From NCBI GenBank assembly GCA_051294375.1, contig CM119263.1, positions 27,490,568-27,554,567 on the forward strand: a stretch of 64,000 nt of DNA, given 5' to 3'. Under the pieces are notes generated by a model. It searched no databases. It worked only from the letters and a program-made list of their open reading frames with translations, and was not told where the DNA came from. Within the stretch, counting starts at the first letter, position 1. Each line of letters starts with the position of its first letter. Made by a program: the position numbers and the translations under genes. Shown here piece after piece: positions 24,883-36,800 of the stretch. Origin of the DNA: Paraspadella gotoi. Its lineage: Eukaryota > Animalia > Chaetognatha.

Positions 24883-27800
24883 AGATGAGAGAGAGAGAAA
24901 ACATAACTTATCCCTGCTGCGAATTTAAATGTGAGTTTATCATTAATTTAAAAGATAACAGTTTTTCTTTATTGTTTTTGACAGACTTAGTGTTTATTGA
25001 GTTTGTATTCGTTGTAAAAAACTTTAAGATTCCCAAATTTTACTAATTGTCTGTTGAAAAATAAAAATATAATGGAGTAAAAAAGTAACCTAAGAAATAA
25101 GACGAGAAGTGACTCAGATCTAAACAAGTTCGGCGCGAAACCCTGAACCCTTCCCTTAATCCCCATCGCCCCTTCTCAAACCTTAACACCCCTCCCGTTT
25201 TTCTTCCCATATTTTCACACCTCAACCCCCCGCCCCCCCCACTCCATCAACATCCCCACCGCCGCAGCCTCTCCCGGAAAACCTCAACAACTCGGACGAT
25301 TCCTGCCGGCAAGGACGCAGATCCCTTACAGCAGCGGCATCCAGTCGGACCTCAGCGGCGCCAGCGACAACAACAACCGCGGCAGCCACGTCGGCGCCGC
25401 CCTCCACGTCAACGACCAATACATCCTCAGCGGCGGCGATCCTTGCCAATGGTACGGCGGGAGCCACCACAGCGGCAGCGGCGTCAGCAGCACCGGGTCT
25501 CGCCACGCATCAGAGCCGCACGACGGTCGCTACCAGCAGCTCAAAAACCCTCCGCCGGTTTCGGCCTCGGGCCATCGAGGCGGCAAGGCGCCCCTCATGA
25601 ACCTCGGCGACATGTTGCCCCCGCCGCCAGAACACCCTCCTCCGCCGACGGACGCCGAAAGCGCGGCCGAGAGCTCGCCCCCCGGTTCGCCCCACATGGA
25701 GCACCCCAGCCGCGTTCTCGGCGGAACCATCGGAGTGGCCGGCTCGCGAGGCTACCCCGTTCCCTCGTCCTACCAACACGGCCGCGGTCCGCCTGGCACG
25801 ATGATGGGCTTCGTGCCGTCGCCCCGGACCAACCCGCGATCCATGACTATTCCCCAGCAAAGCGACCTCAACCCACCCGGCCCGGCGCCCCCTGTTCGTC
25901 ACTACAAACTCGTTCCCATCCCCAACGCTGGCGAGTCCCCCGGCGGATCGCCCGTCCCTCAGACCGTCTACCTGACCCAGCAGTCCTTGCCCGGTTGCCC
26001 GCCGACGGGGACCAATCCTTGCTGCGCTCAAAACGCCTTCGACAACGGGCAGTACGGACACTGCGGAGGGCAGTGTGGGAGCGAGCCCGGACTGGCGCAG
26101 CCGGGCTACGCCGCACGGTAAGTTAGCCTGACGGGGAAATGAATTGGACGGACACTTAAAAGGGTCTTCTTCGTAGTTTCGCTGTCCTTGCGCCCGAGCT
26201 CGGCCAAAGTCAATACCAACACTGTGGGTCCTAGAGTGATGTACATTTTAAATTCTATGTACAGTTTATGACAATATAATATAATGCATAATACTTTCCT
26301 ATTACGTTAATGAGAAAAAAAATAAAGAGCTTGGTCGTTCGGCTCAGCAAAATTGCGACCAGGATCCAAATAACAGCACTGATAATTTTTGGGATAAAGT
26401 AGCACTTTTCTATTCTTTATTCTAGTTGATGGTTTTTAACTTTTTACACACACCAAAAAAAAACAAACAAACTTTTCCTTTGCATCCGTTTAAAAACCAA
26501 CCAATTTTCTATCCCTATCCTTTTATTTTTTCTCCTTTCCTTTTTTTTCCTCTTGCCTGTCCTTTCTCCGATGGAAAAACAAAAAAAAAACCTTTAGGAT
26601 AGAGATTGATGAGAAGGGAATGCCTCTCTTGCACTTTGACTACGACGGGCAACAACAGCCAATGAGCGCCTCCATCATTAGCAACGAACTGCCTCTGGCG
26701 CCGAGCCACCCGCTGCGGTACCCCACCAGCAGCACCGCCTCGCGGGGATCCCCGTCGAGAGATCTTCAGCAGCTGGAGCAGCACCAACTGCAAATGCAAC
26801 AGCAGCTCCAACAAATACAACAGTTACAACAACAACAACAGCAACAACAACAGCTCAGAACTCGCCCGTCCCCTCTCCACCGCAGCGCCCACCTCTACCC
26901 GCCGGGCGCGTCGGTCAAAGGCGCCTCCTTGGCCGACTTCGACGGAAACGTGTCGGCCTCTTGGAACTCCGTGTCGGGATGCGACACTTCCAACCCGGAC
27001 AGCAGTTGCTCGTCCGCGCGATCCTCCGTCGTCGACACCTCGGATGACGACGGCGACGACGACGCCCGCGTCCTCGGCGTCGGCGACGACGAAGGCGACG
27101 ACGAATTCGCCGCAGCCGTCGCCCGACTTCAAGGGAAGGAAGTCAAAGGACGGAAACCCGGCGCCAAATTTCCGTCAGGTAGCGAGATGGAGAGCGAGAC
27201 GCGCTGATAAAAGAAACAAATTTTAAATCTATAAATAAACATTTCTTCTTGAAAACTTGTCTTTTAGTTTTACTTCCAAATTTAAGATGATTTTTTATAT
27301 CCTTCATTCCGTTTAACCAGAGGCCTTAGTTTCTCAAGATGAAATTATTGAAAAATTATTATACATAAGAGATAGGTGAACAAAAAAACAGACACGTAGA
27401 TAGTTTGTGATATCCCCTAACCCGTCCTCTCCCCCAACCCTTCCTTGCGCCCCGCGAACACCCGCGATTGTGTGTTTTTTCTCTCGTCTTTAAAATCTTA
27501 AAAGCCGGATCAGATGCCGGGAAAAAGAGGGCGGATGCCGCTAAAACGTCGGCAGATGCCGCTAAAAACCCGGCGAATACGGCGGCTGCTGCTGCGGCAG
27601 CGACGGGTGCGGCGGACGCTGCAGCCCGGCGTCGTTTGTTGGATCAGATCGGACTCGAGCATCTCGAGCGCCTGATCGACGAATGCGAAACAGATTTCGA
27701 TTAGAGTGTTTTTGTTTTTTCTATTTCGTTTTAAAAAAACAACAACAAAATCGAGGCGAATCTGTTGCCGTGAGTTTTTTTTTTTTTTTTTTTTTTTTTT

Positions 27801-28885
27801 GTCTATGTAGTTTTGGTTTGAAAGTGTCAGTCTTAGAAAATATACTAACATAAACGTTGTCGAAGAATTTACTTGTCGTAACGCGCGTCGTAATTGAAAT
27901 GTATGAAATTTGAAACTGAAATTGGAAAAAGAGAAATCGTTGGGCTTTTTTGTTGAAATTGACGAAAGGGAGAGAGTTAATAAAAATGCGATTGACCCAT
28001 TAAAGAGGAGCGATTGATATATTAAAGAGGAGCGATTGACCCATTAAATATGAAAGATTCTTACTATTTGTTCAGGTAGTTCGTATCTCGCAAATCTAAC
28101 GAGCAACTCCGTCTCTATTTTCCCTCTACAGACCGCCCCTCTAACGGATCTCGAAAACGCGGGAAGAGCAGACGAAAGGAATCGAAAGCGGACGACGAGT
28201 TTGGGCGCGGCGGCAACGGCGGCTGCGGCGGCGGCGTCGAAGACCCCGTCGAGCGCGAGAACCGATTGGCAATGGCGGCGTGGACTCTCTCTCTCACCGC
28301 ACCTCGCCAAGAGGGACACAATGCCGCCCCCGCCGCCGGACCCCGACACCCGCCCACCTCTCCCCCGACAGCAGCGGGCAGCTGCCTCGGCGGCGTCGCC
28401 GATCTCACCTCCGCCGCGTCCGCCGCCAACGCCCGGCCCCCCCAGACTCCGGCCAATTCGGAGCGCCATCCAACGGAGATTTTAGGTAACAACAACGGGA
28501 GTTTCGAACGCCCCTCTAACATTTACAACGCCACGCCCACTCACAACAAACCGTCGTCGCGACGAAACGACGCCCTGGACGATTCCCCGCGCAAACCTTC
28601 CGCCGCCTATCACCCTTACGAGCGAGTGCTGCCCTCGCCCGCCGACGCGGCGGCCCAGAGAAAATCCCTCGTCATTTCCGGTTTGGAAAAGACGCAATTG
28701 GCGGCGGAGAAAATAAGCGAGAAATACGAAAAATCGGGAGGCGTGACGTCTCCTTACTCGCAGCTCAACTTCACTAACATGTCGTCGCCCAATAACAGTT
28801 CCGCCTCCACGCCCTGTCCCACCTCACCGCCTCCCCCGCCACGCCGCCGAGGGCGGAAATCACGCAGACGTAGAGAGAGAATGAG

Positions 28886-28966
<81 letters not shown>

Positions 28967-30018
28967 TTTGTTCTCTCGTTTTCGTTTCCGTTCTTCAATC
29001 GACATTTCCCTCTTGTAAACAAAACAGACGAAACGAAAACAAACATAAAAAAAAAACAAAGACGCGGAAAATACAAACAAATTCCTTTTCTCATCTCGCT
29101 TCAAAATTCTTTCTTCTCCCGTGTATTTTTTTTTCTTAACCACTAGACTTTTGCACTTTTTTTCGAGACTCACAACTAATACCCTAGACATAGAGTTCTA
29201 ACTCTGTCCACACGATGGCGCGCAAGGCTCTGCTGGGCACGCCGGCGGCGCCCGACGCTGGCGCCGCTCGCGGTACCCGTGCCGTACCGTCAGGCGCGGA
29301 GCCCTTTTTTTCTTAAAGCGTAGTCTTCTCGACTAGAGACTGAAAAGTAAGAAGCCGCTTTAAAACTTTCGTCACCGCATGATAATTCAAAAATTCCGCG
29401 CATGACCTTTTTTTTCCTTTATTTTAATCATTCGATATTTATGTAAAAAATAAAAAAAGTTAAAAAGGCAAGAGCGATAATCTTTTGAATATAAAACCGA
29501 CCAACTTCGGCGGATTCGTGACAATTATAAAAACTTTTTTTTTGTTAGTATTTTTTTTTTTAGCATTTAATAATTAGTATTTAATTTTAACCTTAGAAGC
29601 TTATTACTTTTTCGTCGCACGTCCCCGTCAAGTGTAACTTTCGTTTTATTTTTCCTTCCCGAGTTTAAGTTCGCGAATAACATCGGTCCATCCTTTTTCC
29701 CTTCCCTTCCCCTCTCCTTCCCCCCCCCCTCATAATCAGATTCAATACTACGAGGTCTCTCCAACGACGCCCTCTTCTCCTGACACCGTCAAGGGCGTCT
29801 CAAACCCTTCGTCGCCGACGAGGACGCCGCCGACTCGGAAGCCGCCGCTGCCGGGACGTAAACCCGCCTTGCCGACGCTGCCGACGTCGTCGTCGCCCTC
29901 CTCGTCGCCGGCCGCCGGATCTTGCCCTCCCTCTCCCCACGTGGGCCCCGCCGCTCGTTCCTCCGGCGCCGCCAAGTTGCCGACCGCAAATCAGGCATTG
30001 GCGCCGCAGTTGGCGTGA
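20230..30018 (+). CDS. robo: Roundabout (Robo) family receptor, 3' portion (3xFN3, TM, cytoplasmic tail); multi-exon, Ig exons not found in window
   Basis: Phase-consistent GT-AG exons: 20230-20532, 20768-20994, 21482-21721, 22136-22383, 22627-22766, 23205-23612, 24449-24753, 25321-26117 (acceptor uncertain, alternative 25268), 26598-27178, 28132-28889, 29740-30018 (TGA). Three FN3 domains; TM EPWFIATIGTALWLALFIFSVWVCYKRR; CC0-like PEYAEV; CC1-like GPYAVTNM; CC2 DMLPPPPEHPPP. Confidence 0.93.
20768..20994 (+). CDS. robo: Robo exon: FN3 domain 2, N-terminal part
   Basis: cag|...AAG|gtgag; DLVRQKL..LSSTSIKINW..KYVEGFNIVYR. Confidence 0.9.
21482..21721 (+). CDS. robo: Robo exon: FN3-2 end and FN3-3 start
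   Basis: LEEFTTYEIRLQPFY...TLEDAPSSPP...WTPPPEKDHNGELRGYK|gtgag. Confidence 0.92.
22136..22383 (+). CDS. robo: Robo exon: FN3-3 C-terminal part and juxtamembrane region
   Basis: VYCLANETKFHVNIT...YRVEVAAFTRVGVG...QVVSEP; cag acceptor, gtgag donor. Confidence 0.92.
22627..22766 (+). CDS. robo: Robo exon: transmembrane helix
   Basis: WFIATIGTALWLALFIFSVWVCY followed by basic stop-transfer KRRQRKK; gtaag donor. Confidence 0.92.
23085..23203. repeat. (AAAC/AAAAC)n microsatellite directly abutting a splice acceptor
   Basis: aaacaaaac units run up to the cag at 23202-23204. Confidence 0.9.
23205..23612 (+). CDS. robo: Robo cytoplasmic exon
   Basis: Phase-1 cag acceptor, in frame with ORF 23219; G|gtacgg donor; phases match both neighbouring exons. 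Confidence 0.8.
24449..24753 (+). CDS. robo: Robo cytoplasmic exon with CC0/CC1-like motifs
   Basis: APEYAEV and SGPYAVTNM; cag acceptor, gtgag donor. Confidence 0.88.
25321..26117 (+). CDS. robo: Robo cytoplasmic exon with CC2 motif
   Basis: Open frame containing NLGDMLPPPPEHPPPP (Ena/VASP-binding CC2-like); gtaag donor. Acceptor could instead be 25268 if there is a 1-nt sequence error. Confidence 0.82.
26598..27178 (+). CDS. robo: Robo cytoplasmic exon (poly-Q, Ser/Asp-rich)
   Basis: tag|G ATA GAG in phase 2; SASWNSVSG...SSCSSARSSVV...DDEFAAAVARL resembles the Robo distal tail. Confidence 0.8.
27505..27704 (+). CDS. Candidate alternative terminal exon of Robo
   Basis: Phase-1 acceptors (aag|27505 or cag|27514) after a pyrimidine tract; GC-rich open frame ending LLDQIGLEHLERLIDECETDFD*. 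Confidence 0.5.
28132..28889 (+). CDS. robo: Robo cytoplasmic exon (3' boundary uncertain)
   Basis: Strong acceptor tttccctctacag|AC, in frame with ORF 28266; phase-0 donor TGT|gtgaga. Confidence 0.7.
29740..30018 (+). CDS. robo: Robo probable terminal exon, Pro/Ser-rich (not in ORF track because it has no ATG)
   Basis: C/T tract + cag|ATT CAA TAC TAC; 93 codons to TGA; contains RKPPLPGRKPALP (PxxP SH3-ligand-like); AATAAA at 30151. Confidence 0.7.
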   Translation: MQYYEVSPTTPSSPDTVKGVSNPSSPTRTPPTRKPPLPGRKPALPTLPTSSSPSSSPAAGSCPPSPHVGPAARSSGAAKLPTANQALAPQLA

Positions 30019-30205
30019 AATGGTGACGTCAACTGTGACGCCACGTCGGAAGACGGACGCGGCCTCGTTCAAAACCTCCTCCCGTCGGGGAAAAAAGGGA
30101 GAAACGAAATCAAAAATGAAAAAAAATTTTAAAAAATTTAAAAATGGGGAAATAAATGTTTGATGGAAAAGTTAAAACTGTCCCGCTGTGAACATTCCGA
30201 GAGAC

Positions 30206-30296
<91 letters not shown>

Positions 30297-31461
30297 CACT
30301 CTTTCTCCGTCGATCTTTGCTGCTCAGATGTCGCCTAAAAGATTTCCATATATAAACACTTCGCCACAATTGCTCTTTTATTTCAAAAAAGTGTCTTCGA
30401 TTCCGATCGATAGATTCCGCCATGAAAAAAAATATTATCGAAAAAAAATGATTTTTTTTTTGGTTAACTTTTTTCATTCTGGTTATTAATTAATATTGAG
30501 TCGCTTTTATTGAATGAGATTTGAACAAAGGATTCTAAAGCTTAGATTTAGTTTTCCTTTTTTTTTTGACGTCCTTCAATTCGTTTTTTATTGTGTGTCT
30601 TATTAATTTAATGGTCAACGATTATGCAGAAAAAAACATTTAACACATATTAGACTAATTACTTTTTCATCTCAAAATGTGACTGTCTTTTTAATTTATA
30701 TTTCTCCCGTTTCACTGTTGTTGTTTGTTGATGCTTTAGATTCATCTTTTCTTTAATTCAGATTTGAACAAAAAAATACCAATTTTAACGAATGTTTTTC
30801 TAGTAAAATGCTTAAATTATGTATCTTTGTAATTGCAACTTCACGAGTAAAACATATGTAAATAAACTGTACTTTGGAAACAATATTTAAGTCTCGGGGA
30901 TGAGGCTCTAATTAAAAAAATAGTCAATTCTCGAAATGTTTTTTGAACAATTCGCTGATTTAGCCTCATTCCCAGATTCATCAACAAAGACTATGTACAT
31001 AACCTTCATTAATGTTATAAATTATTATTAAAGTGATTATTGTGCATTTTGAAAAAAAACTTTTTTATCGTTGCCAAATGAAGCAAGATAGAAACTGAAA
31101 TGGTATAGCTACATTGATGAAGAGTCGATGATGAAGAATTGATTCATGATAGAAAAAGCTTATAGCTGCTATTAGTACGTAAAAAAATACCAAGATGTAA
31201 TTCATAAAGTGAATGAGCGTCTAGTGCTTAAAATTTCAAAACTAAAAGCCTGGAAAAGTGGAACAAAAATAATTACCGGAGTAAATAAAAAAATAGAATC
31301 CCGGAAGTAATTTCACAGTCAAGCATGGCAGGTATACTTTGGTAATATATTTAGATGTTAAGGAATTTAATATATAGTATATGGAAAAGAAGTTGAATCA
31401 CAAACAATATTGAATCAAAATTATCGAATTATCCAAAAATAAGCTATAGAGAATTTTTTTA

Positions 31462-31868
31462 TTTTATGAAATTGGTACAACCAATATAAAAATTATCCAT
31501 TCATTTAATAAATAAGCTATCTTGCCCCTGACTTTGGACAGGCTTTGGTGGTTTAAGGCCTCCATCACTCTTACAAGATAATGACATAGCAGGTCTCTGT
31601 AAGCTTTCAATAAAGACTCTCTCACAGTCTCATTTATTATTTCCCTGAGTACCTGGCTTCCCTAACAATGAAGTAGTATAATGTTTCAAAAAATGTTTCA
31701 ATTGTATGAAAAGACTACTCCCTTAAGTTCTAGATCGGGGAATACTATATCGTTTCCGCCCAGCATCAAAATACAAGGAGTTGAATTTTATGAAATTGGT
31801 ACAACCAATATAAAAATTATCCATTCATTTAATGAATAAGCTATCTTGCCCCTGACTTTGGACAGGCT
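31462..31868 (+). repeat. Two direct copies (~83 bp) of a dispersed AT-rich repeat
   Basis: ttttatgaaattggtacaacc...gactttggacaggct at ~31462 and ~31786; diverged copies at ~34975, ~45885 and ~58505. Confidence 0.8.
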
Positions 31869-32523
31869 ATGAGTCTTCTTTTGTTTTCTAAAAAGAAATC
31901 ATGATTATTTTGACGATGCAACGATAGAGGGCTAAAACTATAATGTGCTTTTGTTCAATCGATTTTGACTATTGACTAATGACTATTGCAATCCAAAGAA
32001 AAGAGAGAAAATTGATCTCACTTACAAGTGCATGTGCTTACAAGTTACATTATAAGTATTGCTGAAAAATTAGTTGTGAAATGATAATTCTTTTTGTATT
32101 GATGTTTTACAGATGTTCAAAAATTGTTCATTTTAACAATTAGCATCGATAATATACCCTAAAAATTGTAAAATAAAAGGGATAAATGATTCTGCCTTTA
32201 CTCTCCGAGTCCCTTTTAATGCGATGTTACTGATTGGACGGTTAGGCGATTTTAACAATATTTTGGGTCAACGTAAATGTCGAGTCGTAATAAAATTTAT
32301 AAAATGGGACATGAATTACGAGTTAATTAAGTCCGTGTTGTATTGTATTTTTTCCCCATTTTATGAAGATAAAAAAGGGAAAAACGTCAGGATTCAAGCG
32401 CCAAAGAAAGGCAAAGGACAAGAGGTGACCTTGAATGTCACTGTACATCTCAGTTAATTGTATTACAATATTTCAAGATGAAGGTTTAAAATCAGCATTT
32501 TTTTTTTTTTTTTGCAAATCTAG

Positions 32524-33707
32524 AAACACGAACTGCCCACTCTTGCGGACGGATTAGCCGTCAAAAAAATCCCTGGCGAAGAGAACAAACAAACGCCCGC
32601 TAAGACCCCGTCGGCAACTGTCGCTCCTACTGAGCATCACGAGGAAGAGAAGAAAAAGCCAAAAAAGAAGAGATCGTGAGTTGTAATTGAATTAGATAAA
32701 ACTTGATAACTCTAGTGACTATCGTTACCTATCGTTGCCTGTCGGAGAAAAGGGGTTCCGTATGAAAAGGGGAATGGACTGCGATTAATCTCTCATCATT
32801 AATCAATCAATGACCGAATCGTTCTCAAAATTGTATCGATCTATTATATTATGCCATCGTGGACGCAACAACTACAACCCGCAACCTCGGTCAAACCATT
32901 GACCTTACTTTCAACCTTACCTAACTTTGAACTAGTAAATGCCATTGTTATAGACTTAGCATCTGAGCTTTTTACTGTAAATGTTATTAACCTTGTTGAA
33001 GAATAAATTCATTCTTACTCTGAAACTTGTTGCTGTCCACACCAGATCATTTGCATGGAAGCTAGATTGAAAGATTGCGCTTTGTTATTATTTTGTAAGA
33101 AGGATTGAGGCCAGAACCCAACATTGCCTGTTCAAAGTCATTTTTATATTACTTGTACCAATTTCAGATGCTACCAGCGATCAATCCGCTTGCGTCATCC
33201 CTACCTGCTGAACCCAGGTCACCCGGGCATCGCTTTCCTTCGTCTCATAGATATGATCACCTGGATCGTTTATTATTTCATCATCAGGAAAATTCAGGCT
33301 CGTCCTTGTTCGTCTTGCGTTCATCATATGTCTCATGTCATACGTCGGAATCCATATCAATAACCGTCTGTTTCCATCAGTGTTCGCTTTTATATGCCTT
33401 TTTATGTCACACATCAAACAAATTTAGGACGTTATTATGCGCGCATTCAGCAGTTAAACATAATTTTAAAGCATTGACAAATACTAACTTACTAAGCGAA
33501 AAAAAATGTAACCTAATCATGAAAGTGAATTGAGAAAGAGTCGGCACCGAATCTAACGCTTAACTGTGCGTACTTTTGCCTTCAGTTCGACAATCTACCG
33601 GAGGGACCTCCGTTTTTCGATCCGTACACGGAGTACGTACGATATTTCAACGACGTTCATCGAAAGGACTTTTCTTATGAATCCAGGTTTTTTTTCTTTG
33701 ACGGTTT

Positions 33708-33802
<95 letters not shown>

Positions 33803-36800
33803 AAGACGTTAAAAAAAAAGTTTTTCTTATCTTTGTGTAAAAACTGCAAATTCTTTTTTTTCCTGCCTACCCTTTTAAATAAACATTAGTCATCCACAAC
33901 TTCGGTTGACAGAACGTTCATCGACACGTCGAAACCGATGTATTACTACAAACGTGGAGACAGAGCGCACGACTACTTCATCATGGACATGTCCAGCATC
34001 AATTTCGGGGTTCTCAAGATGCCGCTGGGTATTTGGATTCTGCAGATCCCGCCGCTTATCCGTCTCACCCTTGCTTGCTTCGTCGGGTTCTACGACAACG
34101 GATTGGCCATGAGACAATTTCCCAAGAATCTCATCTACGTGCGGAACCACATGTGGTTGCCCTTGATGGTGCGGGAGTTTCATACGTGTAAATGTTTTTT
34201 CTTATGTTTTTTAAATTTTCATTTTTTCATATTACTTTTTTAATTAAAAAAAAAATATTATTTATTTCTTATTTTTATTTATTCATTAGTTGTTTTTTTT
34301 GGTGGTTTTTTACTGTTTATCTATTTATTTTCTTTAGTTATTTATTCATTTATTTTCTCTCTTTTTTTTTATCTTCATTTCTGCCTCATTATCTTTCTTT
34401 ATTTCTACTAACTTTTGTTTTATTCTTACAAGTTTTTTTTTTTTAAACGAATCTTCCCCTAAATCTTCCATAATTCTTCCCCTAAATTTTCCAGGTGGGG
34501 TTCCCCTTTCAACTCATCGATTTTTTGCTGAAGAAAACGAACGATGACAGCCAGACATCTAACGCTTATCTCCTCGCACACGATCGACTCTTTATATTCA
34601 TCTCTGCCGTCGGACTGTTGAGAATTCGACAGGTCGATTTATATGTAGTGAGGGTTTATATGTTGTTTTAAATGTACGAACCAAAAACTTTCCAGAAAAC
34701 AAAGTTTAATCATAAGAGATAATTAAAAAAAGTTATTCTACTACTATGGATTTTCTAGTCTTGTCTATGTATCGACAATCGCATGAGCGTCAAGTTTCCT
34801 TTGTTTCTCCTGTATTGAAATGAATTTAGAAACAATATTCCATTAATAATAGTTATATGACTTAAGCTTGAGTAGTCAAGGCAAATCATAAATGAGAGAG
34901 AAATCCAAGGACAGACACAAAGGACGCGATTACAAGCCAACCTCACTATCTTAAAGACAATACGAAATACACTATAAAAATTTCAATTAATTCAATAATC
35001 TAGCGACCTTGCCCCTGAATTTTTATTTATCTAGTGATTTAATAAATAATTAATTATTTTTATTTACTGTTAATTTTTTTGTATTAATATTTGCCATCCT
35101 CTTCGCTTTAAAAAGCATAAAAACAAAACGGCAGCTCAATCTCCCTCTTCTCAGTTCTGGAAGGACCTGGACTGGCTCCGCATCTTCCTCGGTTTCTACG
35201 TCTTTGACATCCTCTTCTTCATCTTCTTCGGCAGCATCGCCGAGCAGATGGTCGAGTATCTCTGGCTGCACCTGCCCGAGTCCTACTGCTTCAACGAGGT
35301 GCGCCAGCGGGATTTGCGTCACAAGATCCTCGACTGTTGGAACAACAACTGCAGCCTCTTCCGAGTTTCCTTCGAAGGCAACAACTCTTGCTACAAGGAG
35401 ACCTGGTGGTCGGAGATCTCCGCCGTCACTAGGCTCTATGCTACTACCTTTAAATACAGAGTCTTGAGCGGGGTGAGGTTAGAGTCCAATGGGTGAGGTC
35501 GCGGGTTAGGACGCCGAAGAGTCCGTTGATGCTAACTTTTGGCTTCGTTTCAGAACCGCACAGGAATCGAGTTGGTGAACGTGATCAGCAACATTCAAGA
35601 TCTCTCTATCTTTCATCATTTCTTCATCTACACCACGACGAAGGGCGTAGGAATCGGCTACGGAGCCGCGACCAATATTTACGAGGTGAGTCACGAGAGA
35701 AATGATGGTTATGGTTACTATTCATGTATTGCTTGATGTTTTGAACTGTAAAATTAATATTATTGTTAATTTAAATTACGTGATTTACGTCTAATTTATT
35801 GTATTCGAAATTACCTCAACCGAGAGATTTAAACCATATTATTGTGTGTTCCAATATTAAAGATATTTGAACTTGTGATGCGTTAGTATGTATTTCGTCA
35901 AAAATTTTCAATATTCTCAGGCCCTGTTCGTGATTTTTACTCTGGCCGGTGGTCACTTTTTCTACAACTGGAAAATCAGCGGATACATCGACACCATCGC
36001 TCTGGCGGGAGACGCGGGAAGAGTTGAAGACGAAAAACAAATGGCCATCGTCAATTCCTTTTGCAAAATGCACGACGCCGACCCAGAGACAGTGTGAGGG
36101 AAATGAAGAATCATTTTGATCCTCAATACGTTATTTCGATTGTCTTTACTTATTTCGATATACTTAATTTCCATTTTTTGTTTTAAAATTTTCTCAATCA
36201 TTTTCACTCTCTACTTCTCACATTCTTCGTCCTCACTCCTTTATATATTCTATCCTTTTCCTCTCCTAAGAGAGTCAAGAATGTGAAGTGAAGTAATCGA
36301 TGTGCCACTGGTTCAATTGGTCATTTGTCAGTATAATATTGTATACGCTGTACATACTAAATGAAGAGAACACAAATTTTATGGCTTTTATATTGTTATA
36401 AAAAACTAAATCGTCTTAATCTTTTTCCATTTATTGTCATTAATTGTGATTGTGTTATTTCGTATTATTTAGAATCAGGGGCGGCGAGAAATGGGTCGGC
36501 CTACCACTGGCACCCTGGCCGCCCCCCCCCCCACTCTCCACAATTTTAGTTTTTAGTTTTCGATTACCGACTTTCTGTCTTGAAAATTCCTCAGTACTCA
36601 AACTTCCCTTAAATATTTTCCTTATTTTTTTTTCTTTTATTTTTATTTTCTCTTTTTTTCTTCTTTTTCCCCTCTCTTCTCAGGGGACCTCCCGAGCCCC
36701 TCACCTGAGTCGAGGGGTGATCCCCTCTCGCCGCCCCTATTTAGAAACCATTAAAATTTATATTACAATAAAGCTAAAAAAATTGAAAAAAAAGCCACTA

